NCBI GenBank assembly: GCA_963666365.2
Contig: CAXXNF010000002.1
Location: 1,824,001-1,888,000, forward strand
DNA: 64,000 nt
Source: Syntrophales bacterium
GTDB taxonomy: Bacteria > Desulfobacterota > Syntrophia > Syntrophales > UBA2210
Direction: 5' to 3'
Shown here: piece by piece, positions 48,260 to 58,485 of the stretch
Numbering within the stretch: position 1 is the stretch's first letter
Layout: the number at the start of each line of letters is the position of its first letter
Position numbers and translations under genes: made by a program
The notes under the pieces: generated by a model
Seen by the model: the letters and a program-made list of their open reading frames with translations, nothing else
What the model was told of the DNA's origin: nothing
Database searches by the model: none

Positions 48260-48456
48260 GAACCGAGCGTCCCTTGTAATATTTTTTAAGTCTTTTGATA
48301 CATAGCTTTTGCGGAGGCGTCAAATAAAAAGACCAATTAAAGTATTGACAAAGTCTGAAAGGATATACTAATTTTCAACCAAGAGACGGGTATGGGACCA
48401 GTGGTGACATAGAGCATAACAGTGCCCTCTACAATGCCGGAGAAAAGGAGACGCGT

Positions 48457-49188
48457 ATGACAACCAAACCCACTTCAACAACGCGAATTGATCATCTTAT
48501 TGAAGAGCAAGTACTCAAATGGCAGAAAGAAAGCGACCGGAGGAAGCAGAAGCGAGAACCGGCACCGCCTGTGATCACCATATCGCGACAGTCGGGAAAC
48601 GAATCAACTGAGGTAATCAAAAAAATCTCAGAGGCGTTGAAGCTTGACATATTTGACACTCAGATTATTCACGAAGTAGCGCAGAGCGTCAAAATGAGCG
48701 ACAAGGTTGCGGAATCACTGGACGGGAAGACACGGAGCACCCTTGACAACTGGATACAGTTCCTCAAGGCCAACCGCTACATTTTTCCCGATACCTATCT
48801 TACCCATCTTACAAAGGTAATCGGCACTATCGGTGAGCAGGGGGGCGCCATCATCCTGGGAAGAGGCGCAAACAATATCCTTCCACCGGAGGAGACGTTA
48901 CGAATCCGATTCATTGCGCCACTGGGACACCGAATCCAGAATATGTCGAAAAAAGAGGGTATATCCATTGAAGCGGCCGAACGTCAGATAACCAAAAAGG
49001 AATCTGAGCAGCGCGCCTTTATTAAAAAATATTTTGAAGTTGATATCGATGATCCCATATACTACGATCTGATCATCAATACCCAGTATTTATCGGACGA
49101 TAAGATAGTCGCTCTTGTCAAAGCCGCGTTGAAATTTAAAAAAATCCCCTCACGGCGCCGATTCGATCCAAAACCGGCGGAGGAATAG
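48457..49188 (+). CDS. Cytidylate kinase-like family protein
   Basis: VITISRQSG, ILGRGA, YDLIINT. Confidence 0.8.
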   Translation: MTTKPTSTTRIDHLIEEQVLKWQKESDRRKQKREPAPPVITISRQSGNESTEVIKKISEALKLDIFDTQIIHEVAQSVKMSDKVAESLDGKTRSTLDNWIQFLKANRYIFPDTYLTHLTKVIGTIGEQGGAIILGRGANNILPPEETLRIRFIAPLGHRIQNMSKKEGISIEAAERQITKKESEQRAFIKKYFEVDIDDPIYYDLIINTQYLSDDKIVALVKAALKFKKIPSRRRFDPKPAEE

Positions 49189-49194
49189 AAACAG

Positions 49195-49232
49195 AAAAGG
49201 GCTTTCAGGGCGCGATTCTGGAAGCCTTTTTT
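49195..49232 (+). terminator. Intrinsic terminator
   Basis: GGCTTTCAG/CTGGAAGCC stem followed by TTTTTT. Confidence 0.6.
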
Positions 49233-49287
49233 ACTATTCAACGGGCAATAAATAGTAAAATAAAATACACAGCAAAAAGGGCATCGC

Positions 49288-49629
49288 ATGATAATTCAAA
49301 ATTTTAACGACGTTGAAGCTGTCGATCTCATGGAAGGGATCAAGAAGAGAATCGTAATCGGCAAGAAAGTAGGAGCACCCAATTTCATTATGAGAATTTT
49401 CGATCTGGCGCCGGGTGCATCCAGCCCCTATCACACTCATCCCTGGGAGCATGAAATTTACGTCATCCAGGGCAAGGCGGCCGCCAGGGACGAAGCAGAA
49501 AAGGAAACGCCCATCGGCGAAGGAGATACGGTCTTTATTGCACCGGGTGAGAAACACTGCCTCATCAATAAGGGTGAGGAACTCTTCCGCTTCATGTGCC
49601 TCATTCCCACGAGCGCAACGGAAGAATAA
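49288..49629 (+). CDS. Cupin-domain protein
   Basis: HTHPWEHE, PGEKH. Confidence 0.85.
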   Translation: MIIQNFNDVEAVDLMEGIKKRIVIGKKVGAPNFIMRIFDLAPGASSPYHTHPWEHEIYVIQGKAAARDEAEKETPIGEGDTVFIAPGEKHCLINKGEELFRFMCLIPTSATEE

Positions 49630-49644
49630 GGACTTCGCAGAAAG

Positions 49645-50415
49645 CTACATTATTAAATCTTTCAAACAATTGCGAGCGGTTCCAAGAACCGCATGACGGG
49701 TCAGATCGTGCTGGAGAGGCGTGATCGATATGAAGCCCCTGCTCAACGCACAGGCATCCGATTCCACATCCTCGCTGTCGGGGAGAAGCGTTTCTCCCGC
49801 CAGCCAGTAATAGGTGTTCGATCTCGGATCGAGCCGTTTCTCAAACATTTCGACCAGCCGAGCCGCACCCTGTTTCGTAACCGCGATGCCCCTGATCTTC
49901 TCTTCCGGCAGCGAAGGCACATTGACATTGAGGGTCAATCCCTCGAGAAAATTTTTCTCCCGCATATATGAAACAAGCCTCGCGGTAAAACGGGCCGCGA
50001 AGGAAAAATCCGCCCGCCCTGCTCGTGTATCAAGTGACACGGCAATCGAGGGAACCCCCAAAATCGCTCCTTCCGTTGCCGCCGAAACCGTCCCCGAATA
50101 GAGTATATTGACCCCCACATTGGCCCCGGCATTAATGCCTGATACAATCAGATCGATCGGCCGGTCAGACAATTCCCTGATCCCTATTTTCACACAGTCC
50201 GCGGGGGTTCCCGTCACGGCATGGCCAAGAAATATTCCCCCTTTCCTGGCTTCCCGAACCCTGAGCGGTCGATACAGCGTGATGGCATGTCCAACCGCGC
50301 TCTGTTCCGTTTCCGGCGCCACAATAATGCAGTCGGCAACCTTCGACATTTCCCGATAAAGGGCGGAAATGCCCTCGGCATAGATCCCATCGTCATTTGT
50401 AAGCAGCACTCGCAT
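49645..50415 (-). CDS. surE: 5'/3'-nucleotidase SurE
   Basis: LLTNDDG, GTPADCV, SGIN.G.N, YSGT. Confidence 0.95.
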   Translation of the reverse strand: MRVLLTNDDGIYAEGISALYREMSKVADCIIVAPETEQSAVGHAITLYRPLRVREARKGGIFLGHAVTGTPADCVKIGIRELSDRPIDLIVSGINAGANVGVNILYSGTVSAATEGAILGVPSIAVSLDTRAGRADFSFAARFTARLVSYMREKNFLEGLTLNVNVPSLPEEKIRGIAVTKQGAARLVEMFEKRLDPRSNTYYWLAGETLLPDSEDVESDACALSRGFISITPLQHDLTRHAVLGTARNCLKDLIM

Positions 50416-50470
50416 TATCGATCCTTTTCATATTCTCTGCGTGCCCGGAACCTGAGGCGGCGCCTTGTTG

Positions 50471-52402
50471 TTATTCTATCTGCACGATTTCGCCATCCAT
50501 AACGGTCAGGATATACAGTTGTTTCTCTGCGTCCCCCGTTTCCGAAAAGGTGGTTGCCCCTGTAGTTCCCTGATAGTCTTTCACCTCGCCAAGCCGGTCC
50601 CGCATCTCGGATCGACTGTCTACACCCTCGCTGATGACAATGTTCATGATGAGTTTCGCCGTGTCATAGGAAAGGCCCTCTATGCCGTCGGGAACTCTTC
50701 CATAGGCGGCATAAAAGCGGTCAATGAACTCGACCACCTCCGGATAGTAACTGTGATGAAAAAACACATCGACAAAGATTGCACCCTCCAGGTATTCACT
50801 GTCCCCCTCAACAAGCGCCGGCGTATTCCAGCTGCTCATCCCCAACAACTGTATTCCCGTCACATCGTAGAAGGCAAGTTGCGGGGCGATCAGCCGTGCC
50901 CTGGCCGCGGAGTCCGCAATGAAGAGAGCATCGAAATCGACAATCGGAAGCGGCTTACTTCCCCCTGTGGAATCCTTCCGGGAAGAATCAAGTCCCACAA
51001 GACCCTTGATTTCATCGCCGAAGTCGGTCTGTTCCCTTTCGTACGACTGGACAGCCCTGATTTCGCCGCCTTCCTCAACGACAGCATCCCTGAAGAGATT
51101 CATGATCTCGATCCCGTGCGAATCGTGCGGATACAGAACGGCAAACCGGCGATTGCCCAAATTGTTCACCGCATAGGACACAAGGGCGCGCATCTCTATA
51201 GGACTGGTCAGAAAGTTTCTGAAGATATAATCGCCCGCTTCCGTAATTCCCTCGCATTGCGTGAGCGTTACGAGCGGAACCTCCAATTCCTGCGCCTTTT
51301 CCGCCGCCGCCTTCGCTGCATTGCTTCCCAGAGGACCTATAATGGCAATCACCCGGCCCTCGCGGGCAAGCGCTTCCACCGCACGGGTCGTCTCTTCCGG
51401 ATCACCCTTCGAATCCCTTACGAACAGCCTGATTTCACTACTTTTTTCCGGATCAAATACCCCGGAGGCCAGCAGTATTGCCTCAAGCACCTTTGTGCCA
51501 TAGGGCGCATAACGACCGGTAAGGGGCATCAGGCATCCCAGGGAATACCGGTCGACCTGCCGTTCCTTTTCCTCGGTCACCACACGCCGATACAGCGAGA
51601 GGGCCTCTTCGAAACGGGGGCTCTCCGGGTATCTTTCAATAAATTCCCACAGGACCTCTTTGGCTTGACGGTACTTTCCGCTCTCAGCATAACGCGCGCC
51701 CAGCCCCAAAACAATCAATCCTGAAGGATAGGAGGCGCCGTACCGCCCCTTGGCCAGTTCAAGCTCTTCCAGTGTAAGATCCACTTCAATCATCTTTTCT
51801 ATCGTCCCTCGTGTATGCGCTGCAAGGGATGCGGATGGATTTTTCCCAAGGACCGCCACATAGGATGCAAGCGCCTCGGGTCGGTTACCTGCCCTGTAGT
51901 AATTATCGGCAATCATGGAAACAATATCGGCACTTCGCGGTGCAAAATATTTCTCGTTCCTAAGGGGCAGCAGCAAATCGTTGGACTGACCGGGAAGACC
52001 GAGTTTTGCAAAGGCAATGCCCTGCTGGAAGCGGGATTCCAGGTAAAGAGGATCATGTGCATCTGAACTGACAATGCGACTGAGTGCGTTTACCGCCTCA
52101 CGGTATCGCTTCGTCACGACAAGTATCTGCCCTTTTCTCATGAGCGCCCAGGAAAGGACGGTACCCTCGGGCGCGTGCTCGACCACCACATCAAATAAGC
52201 GCAACGATTCATTCAGACGTCCCTCCGCATAGGCATCCTCGGCGTTCTGAAACAACGGCCGAATTTTCTCGGGAATCTCCTCAAGTGGAAGCAGCAACTC
52301 CCCAAATCGGGGACCCTTCACAGGAACCGTCGTGGCACAGGCGGAAAAACAGATCACCGCAATTATCATCGCGATCAATGCTTTTTTTACCCGAAAGGTC
52401 AT
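50471..52402 (-). CDS. Lipoprotein with TPR repeats and periplasmic-binding domain (LpoA/LppC-like)
   Basis: FSAC lipobox, TPR-like helices, LMPLTG...IIGPL. Confidence 0.75.
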   Translation of the reverse strand: MTFRVKKALIAMIIAVICFSACATTVPVKGPRFGELLLPLEEIPEKIRPLFQNAEDAYAEGRLNESLRLFDVVVEHAPEGTVLSWALMRKGQILVVTKRYREAVNALSRIVSSDAHDPLYLESRFQQGIAFAKLGLPGQSNDLLLPLRNEKYFAPRSADIVSMIADNYYRAGNRPEALASYVAVLGKNPSASLAAHTRGTIEKMIEVDLTLEELELAKGRYGASYPSGLIVLGLGARYAESGKYRQAKEVLWEFIERYPESPRFEEALSLYRRVVTEEKERQVDRYSLGCLMPLTGRYAPYGTKVLEAILLASGVFDPEKSSEIRLFVRDSKGDPEETTRAVEALAREGRVIAIIGPLGSNAAKAAAEKAQELEVPLVTLTQCEGITEAGDYIFRNFLTSPIEMRALVSYAVNNLGNRRFAVLYPHDSHGIEIMNLFRDAVVEEGGEIRAVQSYEREQTDFGDEIKGLVGLDSSRKDSTGGSKPLPIVDFDALFIADSAARARLIAPQLAFYDVTGIQLLGMSSWNTPALVEGDSEYLEGAIFVDVFFHHSYYPEVVEFIDRFYAAYGRVPDGIEGLSYDTAKLIMNIVISEGVDSRSEMRDRLGEVKDYQGTTGATTFSETGDAEKQLYILTVMDGEIVQIE

Positions 52403-52415
52403 AGTGTCCTGCTCC

Positions 52416-52994
52416 TCACCGGCAGAATGAATTGAGATAGGCAGCGGCACTCTTTGCTATTTCCGGTGATTCCACAAGGAGTGACATTTCATGATTATAT
52501 TTCAGGGCGGAATTCGTCATGTTGTGACTGCCCACAAAGGTCCACAGTTCATCGATGACCACCATTTTTACATGGGTGGTGACCGATGGCGAATCAAAAC
52601 GCACGTCGATTCCCTGTGTTCTGAAACGCGCTGCCGTCGCACGGTTGATCCTGTTGATTGACGAATCATCGTCGTCGGTCCGCTCCAGTATCACCCTGAC
52701 GTGCACACCACGCTTCGCCGCCTTCACAAGTCCCTCGAGCAGACGGTCGGGATAATTGCCCCGGTAGCCGTTCGTTTTGAAGAGATAAAAGGCCATTATA
52801 ATCTCTTTTTCAGCATGGCCGACGGCCTTCGCCAACTCTTCAAAATAGGCGCCGTCCGCGAGCATCCGCACCCGGCATGTTTCATCACTGTACTTGAAAT
52901 CGGAGGCAGCAGAGAGATGCTTAAAGGAGCACAGGCACACTACCGTGCACAGAAACGCCATAAAACCGATTGTAAGGGAATGATGATTCTTCAA
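52416..52994 (-). CDS. Phospholipase D-like protein (single HKD); start uncertain
   Basis: HVKMVVID...GSHN. Confidence 0.8.
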   Translation of the reverse strand: MKNHHSLTIGFMAFLCTVVCLCSFKHLSAASDFKYSDETCRVRMLADGAYFEELAKAVGHAEKEIIMAFYLFKTNGYRGNYPDRLLEGLVKAAKRGVHVRVILERTDDDDSSINRINRATAARFRTQGIDVRFDSPSVTTHVKMVVIDELWTFVGSHNMTNSALKYNHEMSLLVESPEIAKSAAAYLNSFCR

Positions 52995-53085
52995 CGCTCT
53001 ATCCTGCAGCTCCGGTAGCGGGGAAACGGAGCTTTCACGCAATTCGGGGAAAAATGATACACAAGCAGGGCGGGAAAGTCGACAT

Positions 53086-53127
53086 AAAAAATGCCCGGGG
53101 AGCTTTGCATCCACATCCCCGGGCATT
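53086..53127 (-). terminator. dnaK intrinsic terminator
   Basis: ATGCCCGGGGA/TCCCCGGGCAT stem, T run on - strand. Confidence 0.75.
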
Positions 53128-53158
53128 CGGATCAAAAATTCAACCGCTTTCCGATTGT

Positions 53159-55081
53159 TTACTTCACCTCTTCGAAATCGGCGTCCACCACATCATCATC
53201 GGCCTTCGTCGATCCTGCCTGTCCCGTTCCCTGACCGGCCGACGTCTCCGCACCGGCGGCGCCCTGGGCCTGAGCGGATGCCTTGGCATACATAGCCTCG
53301 GCCAGCTTGTGGGACGCCTTGGTCAACTCTTCCTGAGCGGAATTGATGGCCTCAAGATCGTCGCCTTCCATGGCCTTTTTCAATTGGGCCACCTTGTCCT
53401 CAATTGAGGTCTTTTCGGCGCCGTCGATCTGGTCGCCCATCTCTTTCAGATTCTTTTCTACGCTGTAGATCAGGGTATCCGCCTGATTCCGCGCCTCTAT
53501 AAGATCCCGTTTTTTCTTGTCCTCCTCGGAATGGGCTTCGGCTTCTTTCACCAGTTTTTCGATTTCCTGTTCAGAGAGACCGCTTGACGAGGTAATTCTA
53601 ATACTCTGTTCCTTCCCCGTACCGAGGTCCTTGGCCGATACGTGCACAATACCATTGGCATCAATGTCAAAGGATACTTCCACCTGAGGAACGCCACGGG
53701 GCGCCGGCGGAATTCCCGTCAGCTCAAATCTTCCAAGAGTCCTGTTGTCCGTCGCCATGGGACGTTCTCCCTGAAGCACGTGTATGCTTACGGCGGGCTG
53801 ATTATCGGCTGCGGTTGAAAACACCTGGCTCTTCTTTGTGGGAATGGTAGTGTTTTTTTCTATCAGCTTTGTCATCACACCGCCCAGCGTCTCGATTCCG
53901 AGGGACAGCGGGGTCACGTCGAGCAGCAGTACATCCTTGACGTCGCCCGCCAGCACACCTGCCTGAATCGCGGCGCCCACGGCGACCACTTCGTCCGGAT
54001 TGACGCCTCTGTGGGGATCTTTGCCGAATATTTCTTTTACTTTCTGCTGGACGCGAGGCATACGGGTCATGCCGCCCACCAGGATCACCTCATTGACCTC
54101 CTTGGGGGTGAGACCGGCATCCTTGAGCGCCAGTTTGCAGGGACCCTCGACCCGGTCGATCAGATCGGAAACGAGCATCTCCAGCTTCGCCCTGCTCAGT
54201 TTCATATTCAGGTGTTTCGGACCTGTGGCATCGGCGGTGATAAAGGGAAGATTGATGTCCGTTTCCATGGAGCTGGACAGTTCCATCTTGGCTTTCTCTG
54301 CGGCCTCTTTTATGCGCTGAAGGGCCATTTTATCGCTTCTCAGATCAATCCCCTGATCCTTTTTAAATTCATCGGCTACATAGTCTATCAATCGCTGGTC
54401 GAAATCTTCTCCGCCGAGATGGGTATCGCCATTGGTGGATTTGACTTCGAACACGCCGTCGCCGAGTTCCAGAATGGAAATGTCAAAAGTGCCGCCGCCC
54501 AGGTCGAATACGGCGATCTTTTCGTCCTTTTTCTTGTCGAGCCCGTAGGCAAGCGACGCCGCGGTCGGCTCGTTGATGATTCTCAACACATTGAGCCCGG
54601 CTATTCTGCCGGCATCCTTTGTGGCCTGTCGCTGTGAATCGTTGAAATAGGCCGGTACGGTAATCACCGCATCGGTGACCTTATCACCCAGATAATCCTC
54701 GGCGGTCTGCTTCATTTTCGCCAGTACCATCGAAGATATTTCGGCGGGGCTGTAGTTCTTGCCTTTCACGCTTATCTGGGCGTCGCCGTTCGATGCCTCG
54801 GTAATTTTGAAGGGGCTGATCGTAATGTCGTACTGCACTTCTTTCGATGAGAAGCGCCTTCCAATCAGCCTCTTTATTGCATATACGGTATTCTCAGGAT
54901 TCGTTATCGCCTGTCTTCTGGCAGTCTGACCAACCAAACGCTCGCCGCTGTCGGTAAAGGCAACGACCGATGGAGTGGTTCTGTTTCCTTCCTGATTCGC
55001 GATTACTACAGGATCGCCGCCCTCCATAATGGCAACGCAGGAATTGGTAGTTCCCAAATCAATCCCTATGATCTTCCCCAT
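53159..55081 (-). CDS. dnaK: Chaperone DnaK
   Basis: [25 protein letters not shown]. Confidence 0.99.
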   Translation of the reverse strand: MGKIIGIDLGTTNSCVAIMEGGDPVVIANQEGNRTTPSVVAFTDSGERLVGQTARRQAITNPENTVYAIKRLIGRRFSSKEVQYDITISPFKITEASNGDAQISVKGKNYSPAEISSMVLAKMKQTAEDYLGDKVTDAVITVPAYFNDSQRQATKDAGRIAGLNVLRIINEPTAASLAYGLDKKKDEKIAVFDLGGGTFDISILELGDGVFEVKSTNGDTHLGGEDFDQRLIDYVADEFKKDQGIDLRSDKMALQRIKEAAEKAKMELSSSMETDINLPFITADATGPKHLNMKLSRAKLEMLVSDLIDRVEGPCKLALKDAGLTPKEVNEVILVGGMTRMPRVQQKVKEIFGKDPHRGVNPDEVVAVGAAIQAGVLAGDVKDVLLLDVTPLSLGIETLGGVMTKLIEKNTTIPTKKSQVFSTAADNQPAVSIHVLQGERPMATDNRTLGRFELTGIPPAPRGVPQVEVSFDIDANGIVHVSAKDLGTGKEQSIRITSSSGLSEQEIEKLVKEAEAHSEEDKKKRDLIEARNQADTLIYSVEKNLKEMGDQIDGAEKTSIEDKVAQLKKAMEGDDLEAINSAQEELTKASHKLAEAMYAKASAQAQGAAGAETSAGQGTGQAGSTKADDDVVDADFEEVK

Positions 55082-55124
55082 TTTTTTTATCCTCCTTGCT
55101 ATATACTATTAGTTCGCTCTGTCG

Positions 55125-55691
55125 CTAATGAATACGTTTTGCAACGGATACTTTGGCCGGACGCAGGAGCCTTCCGTTCAGCATGTAGCCCTTTTCAAAT
55201 TCTTCCACTACTTCATTTGTCTGGTGGTCCTTACTCTCCACCTGAATCATGGCTTCATGAAAGTTCGGGTCGAAATCGCTGCCCACCGATTCAATTGCTT
55301 CCACGCCGTTCTTTCCCAACATACCCGTAAATTGATCGAGTATAAGTTTTAATCCTTCAACAAACACGTCAAAATCAACGGACTTCTCTGCATGGCCTAA
55401 TGCCCGTTCCAGGGCATCAACCAGCGGGAGCACCTCTTTCAGCAATTTTTCGTTTCCATAATTTAAAAGATCGGCCCGTTCCTTCTGAACCCGTTTTTTG
55501 TAGTTATCGAACTCTGCGGCAAGCCGCAAATACTTGTCGTAATTTTCTCTCGCCTCGTTCTTTGCAGCATCGAGCTCGGAAACTGCATCTTTTTCGTCCT
55601 TCATCGTTTCCTGTTCGTTCACTTCCAGTGGGGTTTCATCCTGCTCAAAGAGGGCATCGGCCTTCCTGTCTTTCTGTGGTTTCCCTTTCAT
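55125..55691 (-). CDS. grpE: Nucleotide exchange factor GrpE
   Basis: AEFDNYKKR, FDPNFHEA, GY....RLLRPA.V. Confidence 0.97.
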   Translation of the reverse strand: MKGKPQKDRKADALFEQDETPLEVNEQETMKDEKDAVSELDAAKNEARENYDKYLRLAAEFDNYKKRVQKERADLLNYGNEKLLKEVLPLVDALERALGHAEKSVDFDVFVEGLKLILDQFTGMLGKNGVEAIESVGSDFDPNFHEAMIQVESKDHQTNEVVEEFEKGYMLNGRLLRPAKVSVAKRIH

Positions 55692-55723
55692 GTGATATTA
55701 CGCAACCTTTCCCATTCGCATCA

Positions 55724-56314
55724 TTATTCATCGGGCCGTTTAAAAAGCCTGTAATCAACCATCTCACAGATCACATGAGCCGCCGTTATTTGTGTTTCCT
55801 GAATTCTCGGTACACTGTTCGCAGGAACATTGAGGCAATAGTCAACCATTTTCGCGATTATCCCCCCATCTTTGCCGGTAAAAGCGATTGTCGTCATATC
55901 AAGCCGTTTGGCAACCTCAAATGCCTTTACCACATTCTCAGAGTTCCCGCTGGTACTGATACCCCACGCCACATCCCCTGCATGACCAAGAGCTCTGATC
56001 TGCTTGGAAAATACCTCCGAAAAATCATAGTCATTGGCAATACTTGTCAATACGGAGGTATCGGTTGAGAGGGCGATTGCCGGAAGAGGCGGCCGCTCTA
56101 TAAGAAACCGGTTCACAAATTCCGCTGCAATATGCTGTGCATCAGCGGCACTTCCGCCGTTTCCGAAAAGAACAATTTTACTGCCCCGTTTCAACGCATC
56201 GGTAATCACATTGATCACTTTCACCATGCGTGAAAGATTTTCATTCACAAAGACTTCCTTGTGATGAATGCTTTCCCTGAAATTGCGTATAATTATATCT
56301 TCTATCTCTTCCAT
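55724..56314 (-). CDS. gmhA: Sedoheptulose-7-phosphate isomerase
   Basis: GNGGSAADAQH, STSGNS, RIQE. Confidence 0.95.
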   Translation of the reverse strand: MEEIEDIIIRNFRESIHHKEVFVNENLSRMVKVINVITDALKRGSKIVLFGNGGSAADAQHIAAEFVNRFLIERPPLPAIALSTDTSVLTSIANDYDFSEVFSKQIRALGHAGDVAWGISTSGNSENVVKAFEVAKRLDMTTIAFTGKDGGIIAKMVDYCLNVPANSVPRIQETQITAAHVICEMVDYRLFKRPDE

Positions 56315-56386
56315 GGCACCTTACGGCTCCGACTTTCTCCAGTAATATATTTATGAATTTCCGTATGTCAAGGAAGAGGGCGGGGA

Positions 56387-58450
56387 TTACACCTTCCCGA
56401 CTCTGCGATCTTTGAGTTCGGCGATTTTCCCCTTGTTCAGATTGGAGACTTTGGAGTAGTATCCAGCGATTCTGCTTATTCCCTCGACCTCTTGGGATCT
56501 ACAGAAAGGACAGCGGCCTGCAAGTCCTCGAAAGGTCTTTCCACAGGCAAGACAGGTAGTAAATTCGGGAGAAAAGGCAATTTGCTGATTGTCTGTTTCC
56601 TTAAACACGGTTTCAATAAAAGCGGCCAGATGCTCTTTGTCAGGACGAGAACCGCCCAGACAGACGTAGGATATCGCCTCCCCCTCGATAAGGGGGTGCA
56701 GAACCCCTTCCGCATGCACCCTCTGCATTGTTTCCACGGACGATGCAATATCGAAAAGCACCGAGTTGGTATAATAGACTTCGCCTCGCACGATGTTCCC
56801 CTTTACGGCGTGACCCGCGGCGGGCGAATGATATTTCAGATCGAGACGGGCAAATCGGTAGGGCGTACTTTCCGCCGGAGACTGCTCAAGGATGAATTTC
56901 ATTGCGTATTCATTCGAAAGCATGTCGGCCGCCGTCTTCATTTTTTTCACCACATGAAGTCCAAATGCCCGAGCCTCCTTTGATTCGTGAAGCTGCTGTC
57001 CCCTGTGTATCTTTACCAGTTCATTGAGCCCCACGATCCCGATAAGGTAGGACGCCTGCGACAGTCTCAAGTAGGGGGTCCCGTCGCAGTCCGCCGTAAG
57101 GAGCGACAGGGGTCCTTCATTGCCATGGGACAGCAGTTTTTCGATGAAATATTTTTTCTGCTGGTGTGCCTCCGCCACCAGTTTCATCCGCTCCCCCAGC
57201 AGTGCAAAAAAGCGCCCGTCGTCCCCTTCCGCCTCATACCCCAGCCGAGGAAGGTTGATGGATACATTTTGAATTGCACTGTAGCGCATTCTCCACGGTT
57301 CCCTGCACCAACGGTCGTCCCGACCTCCGCCGCAATCCACGGCAATACGCCCGCATTCCGAAAGACTGACCCCCCCTTTCCGATCCAGAACAAAATAAGG
57401 GTTTCCCTTTTCCGCAGCCGCATCACAGACATGATTGAGCAATTCCTTATAGTCGGGCAGTTCGAAAAATTGCTCCGTCAGGTGCATGATAGGCCTGGGA
57501 AACACAAAGGGACGGCCCGATGCATCCCCCCTTTTATACACCTCGAAGAGCGCCCGTACAAAGCGGCGGGCATCGTCGCCATAGGCCATATAGGGTTCGC
57601 CCGTATAACGGCCTCCGGGGCCTATGGCGGGAATATGCTTGAGATATTCCGGGACTTCCCAATGGAGATGAATGTCGGTGAACAGTGTCTGCCCGCCTCT
57701 TCCCACTGCCTGTTGAGCGAATTCGTAGATGAGCATTTGGGCCAGTTGTTTCACCTCGGAATCATTCAGCCCTCTCAGATAGGGAGCGAAAAGAGTATTC
57801 ACATCAAGCCAGCCGATAGCGCCCGAATAGTTTCCCTGAAGGGCTGCGGCAAAACGAATCATGTGCGCCAGGAGCACCTCGGCATGTTTCGCCGGCGCCG
57901 CAACCGCCAGTGAATGTGGCACGTTCAGCCCGAATTTTTTTATATATTCAAGCGACTGACAGGAGCAGTATGCCCTGTCGATATATCCGAGGTGATGAAG
58001 ATGTATGTCCCCGATCAGATGCGCATATCCCACCTCATCGGAAAACACGTTCAGCAGGGCATATTCCCTTTTGATCCCCTCGGCAAGGATCAGGTTGGTC
58101 CCTTCGGGGCTGTGGGGTACGTTGGCATTCTCGTTGTTTTTGTAGAGTATCAGATGGTCCACATCGAAAAGGGGGAACCCCAGACGACCGTGCATCTTGG
58201 TGGCCCTGTCGAGCCCCCGTTCGATCAGCTTTGCATTCACCAGTTCCCTGATAAGCGGCGTGGTGAGCAAACCGATCGATGACGAGGCAATCTGCCTTTC
58301 CACCTCCCTACTGATTTCCTCGGCCGTTCCCATATCGACATTCGTTTCCCGAATGAGCGCATCGATGATTTTCTGTCTGTTCCATGTCGTGATATCATCC
58401 CCCGATGTCTTTACAAAGAGGGTAATATCGGTTGTTTCCCGGCTTTTCAT
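56387..58450 (-). CDS. nrdD: Class III anaerobic ribonucleotide reductase
   Basis: ATP cone, PAES, YYTNS, CxxC...CPFC, SRIAGYYS glycyl-radical motif. Confidence 0.9.
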   Translation of the reverse strand: MKSRETTDITLFVKTSGDDITTWNRQKIIDALIRETNVDMGTAEEISREVERQIASSSIGLLTTPLIRELVNAKLIERGLDRATKMHGRLGFPLFDVDHLILYKNNENANVPHSPEGTNLILAEGIKREYALLNVFSDEVGYAHLIGDIHLHHLGYIDRAYCSCQSLEYIKKFGLNVPHSLAVAAPAKHAEVLLAHMIRFAAALQGNYSGAIGWLDVNTLFAPYLRGLNDSEVKQLAQMLIYEFAQQAVGRGGQTLFTDIHLHWEVPEYLKHIPAIGPGGRYTGEPYMAYGDDARRFVRALFEVYKRGDASGRPFVFPRPIMHLTEQFFELPDYKELLNHVCDAAAEKGNPYFVLDRKGGVSLSECGRIAVDCGGGRDDRWCREPWRMRYSAIQNVSINLPRLGYEAEGDDGRFFALLGERMKLVAEAHQQKKYFIEKLLSHGNEGPLSLLTADCDGTPYLRLSQASYLIGIVGLNELVKIHRGQQLHESKEARAFGLHVVKKMKTAADMLSNEYAMKFILEQSPAESTPYRFARLDLKYHSPAAGHAVKGNIVRGEVYYTNSVLFDIASSVETMQRVHAEGVLHPLIEGEAISYVCLGGSRPDKEHLAAFIETVFKETDNQQIAFSPEFTTCLACGKTFRGLAGRCPFCRSQEVEGISRIAGYYSKVSNLNKGKIAELKDRRVGKV

Positions 58451-58485
58451 AGCAACCGCCTTGCCAGTTTGATTTTACTGCTTGT

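Noticed and set aside
50465..51724. Long antisense ORFs (419 aa here; also 56987-57913, 36828-37718, 44685-45470)
   Set aside because: They are shadows of well-supported genes on the opposite strand, with no recognisable motifs
55082..55130. CIRCE operator near grpE/dnaK
   Set aside because: The TTAG...CTAA similarity does not fit TTAGCACTC-N9-GAGTGCTAA
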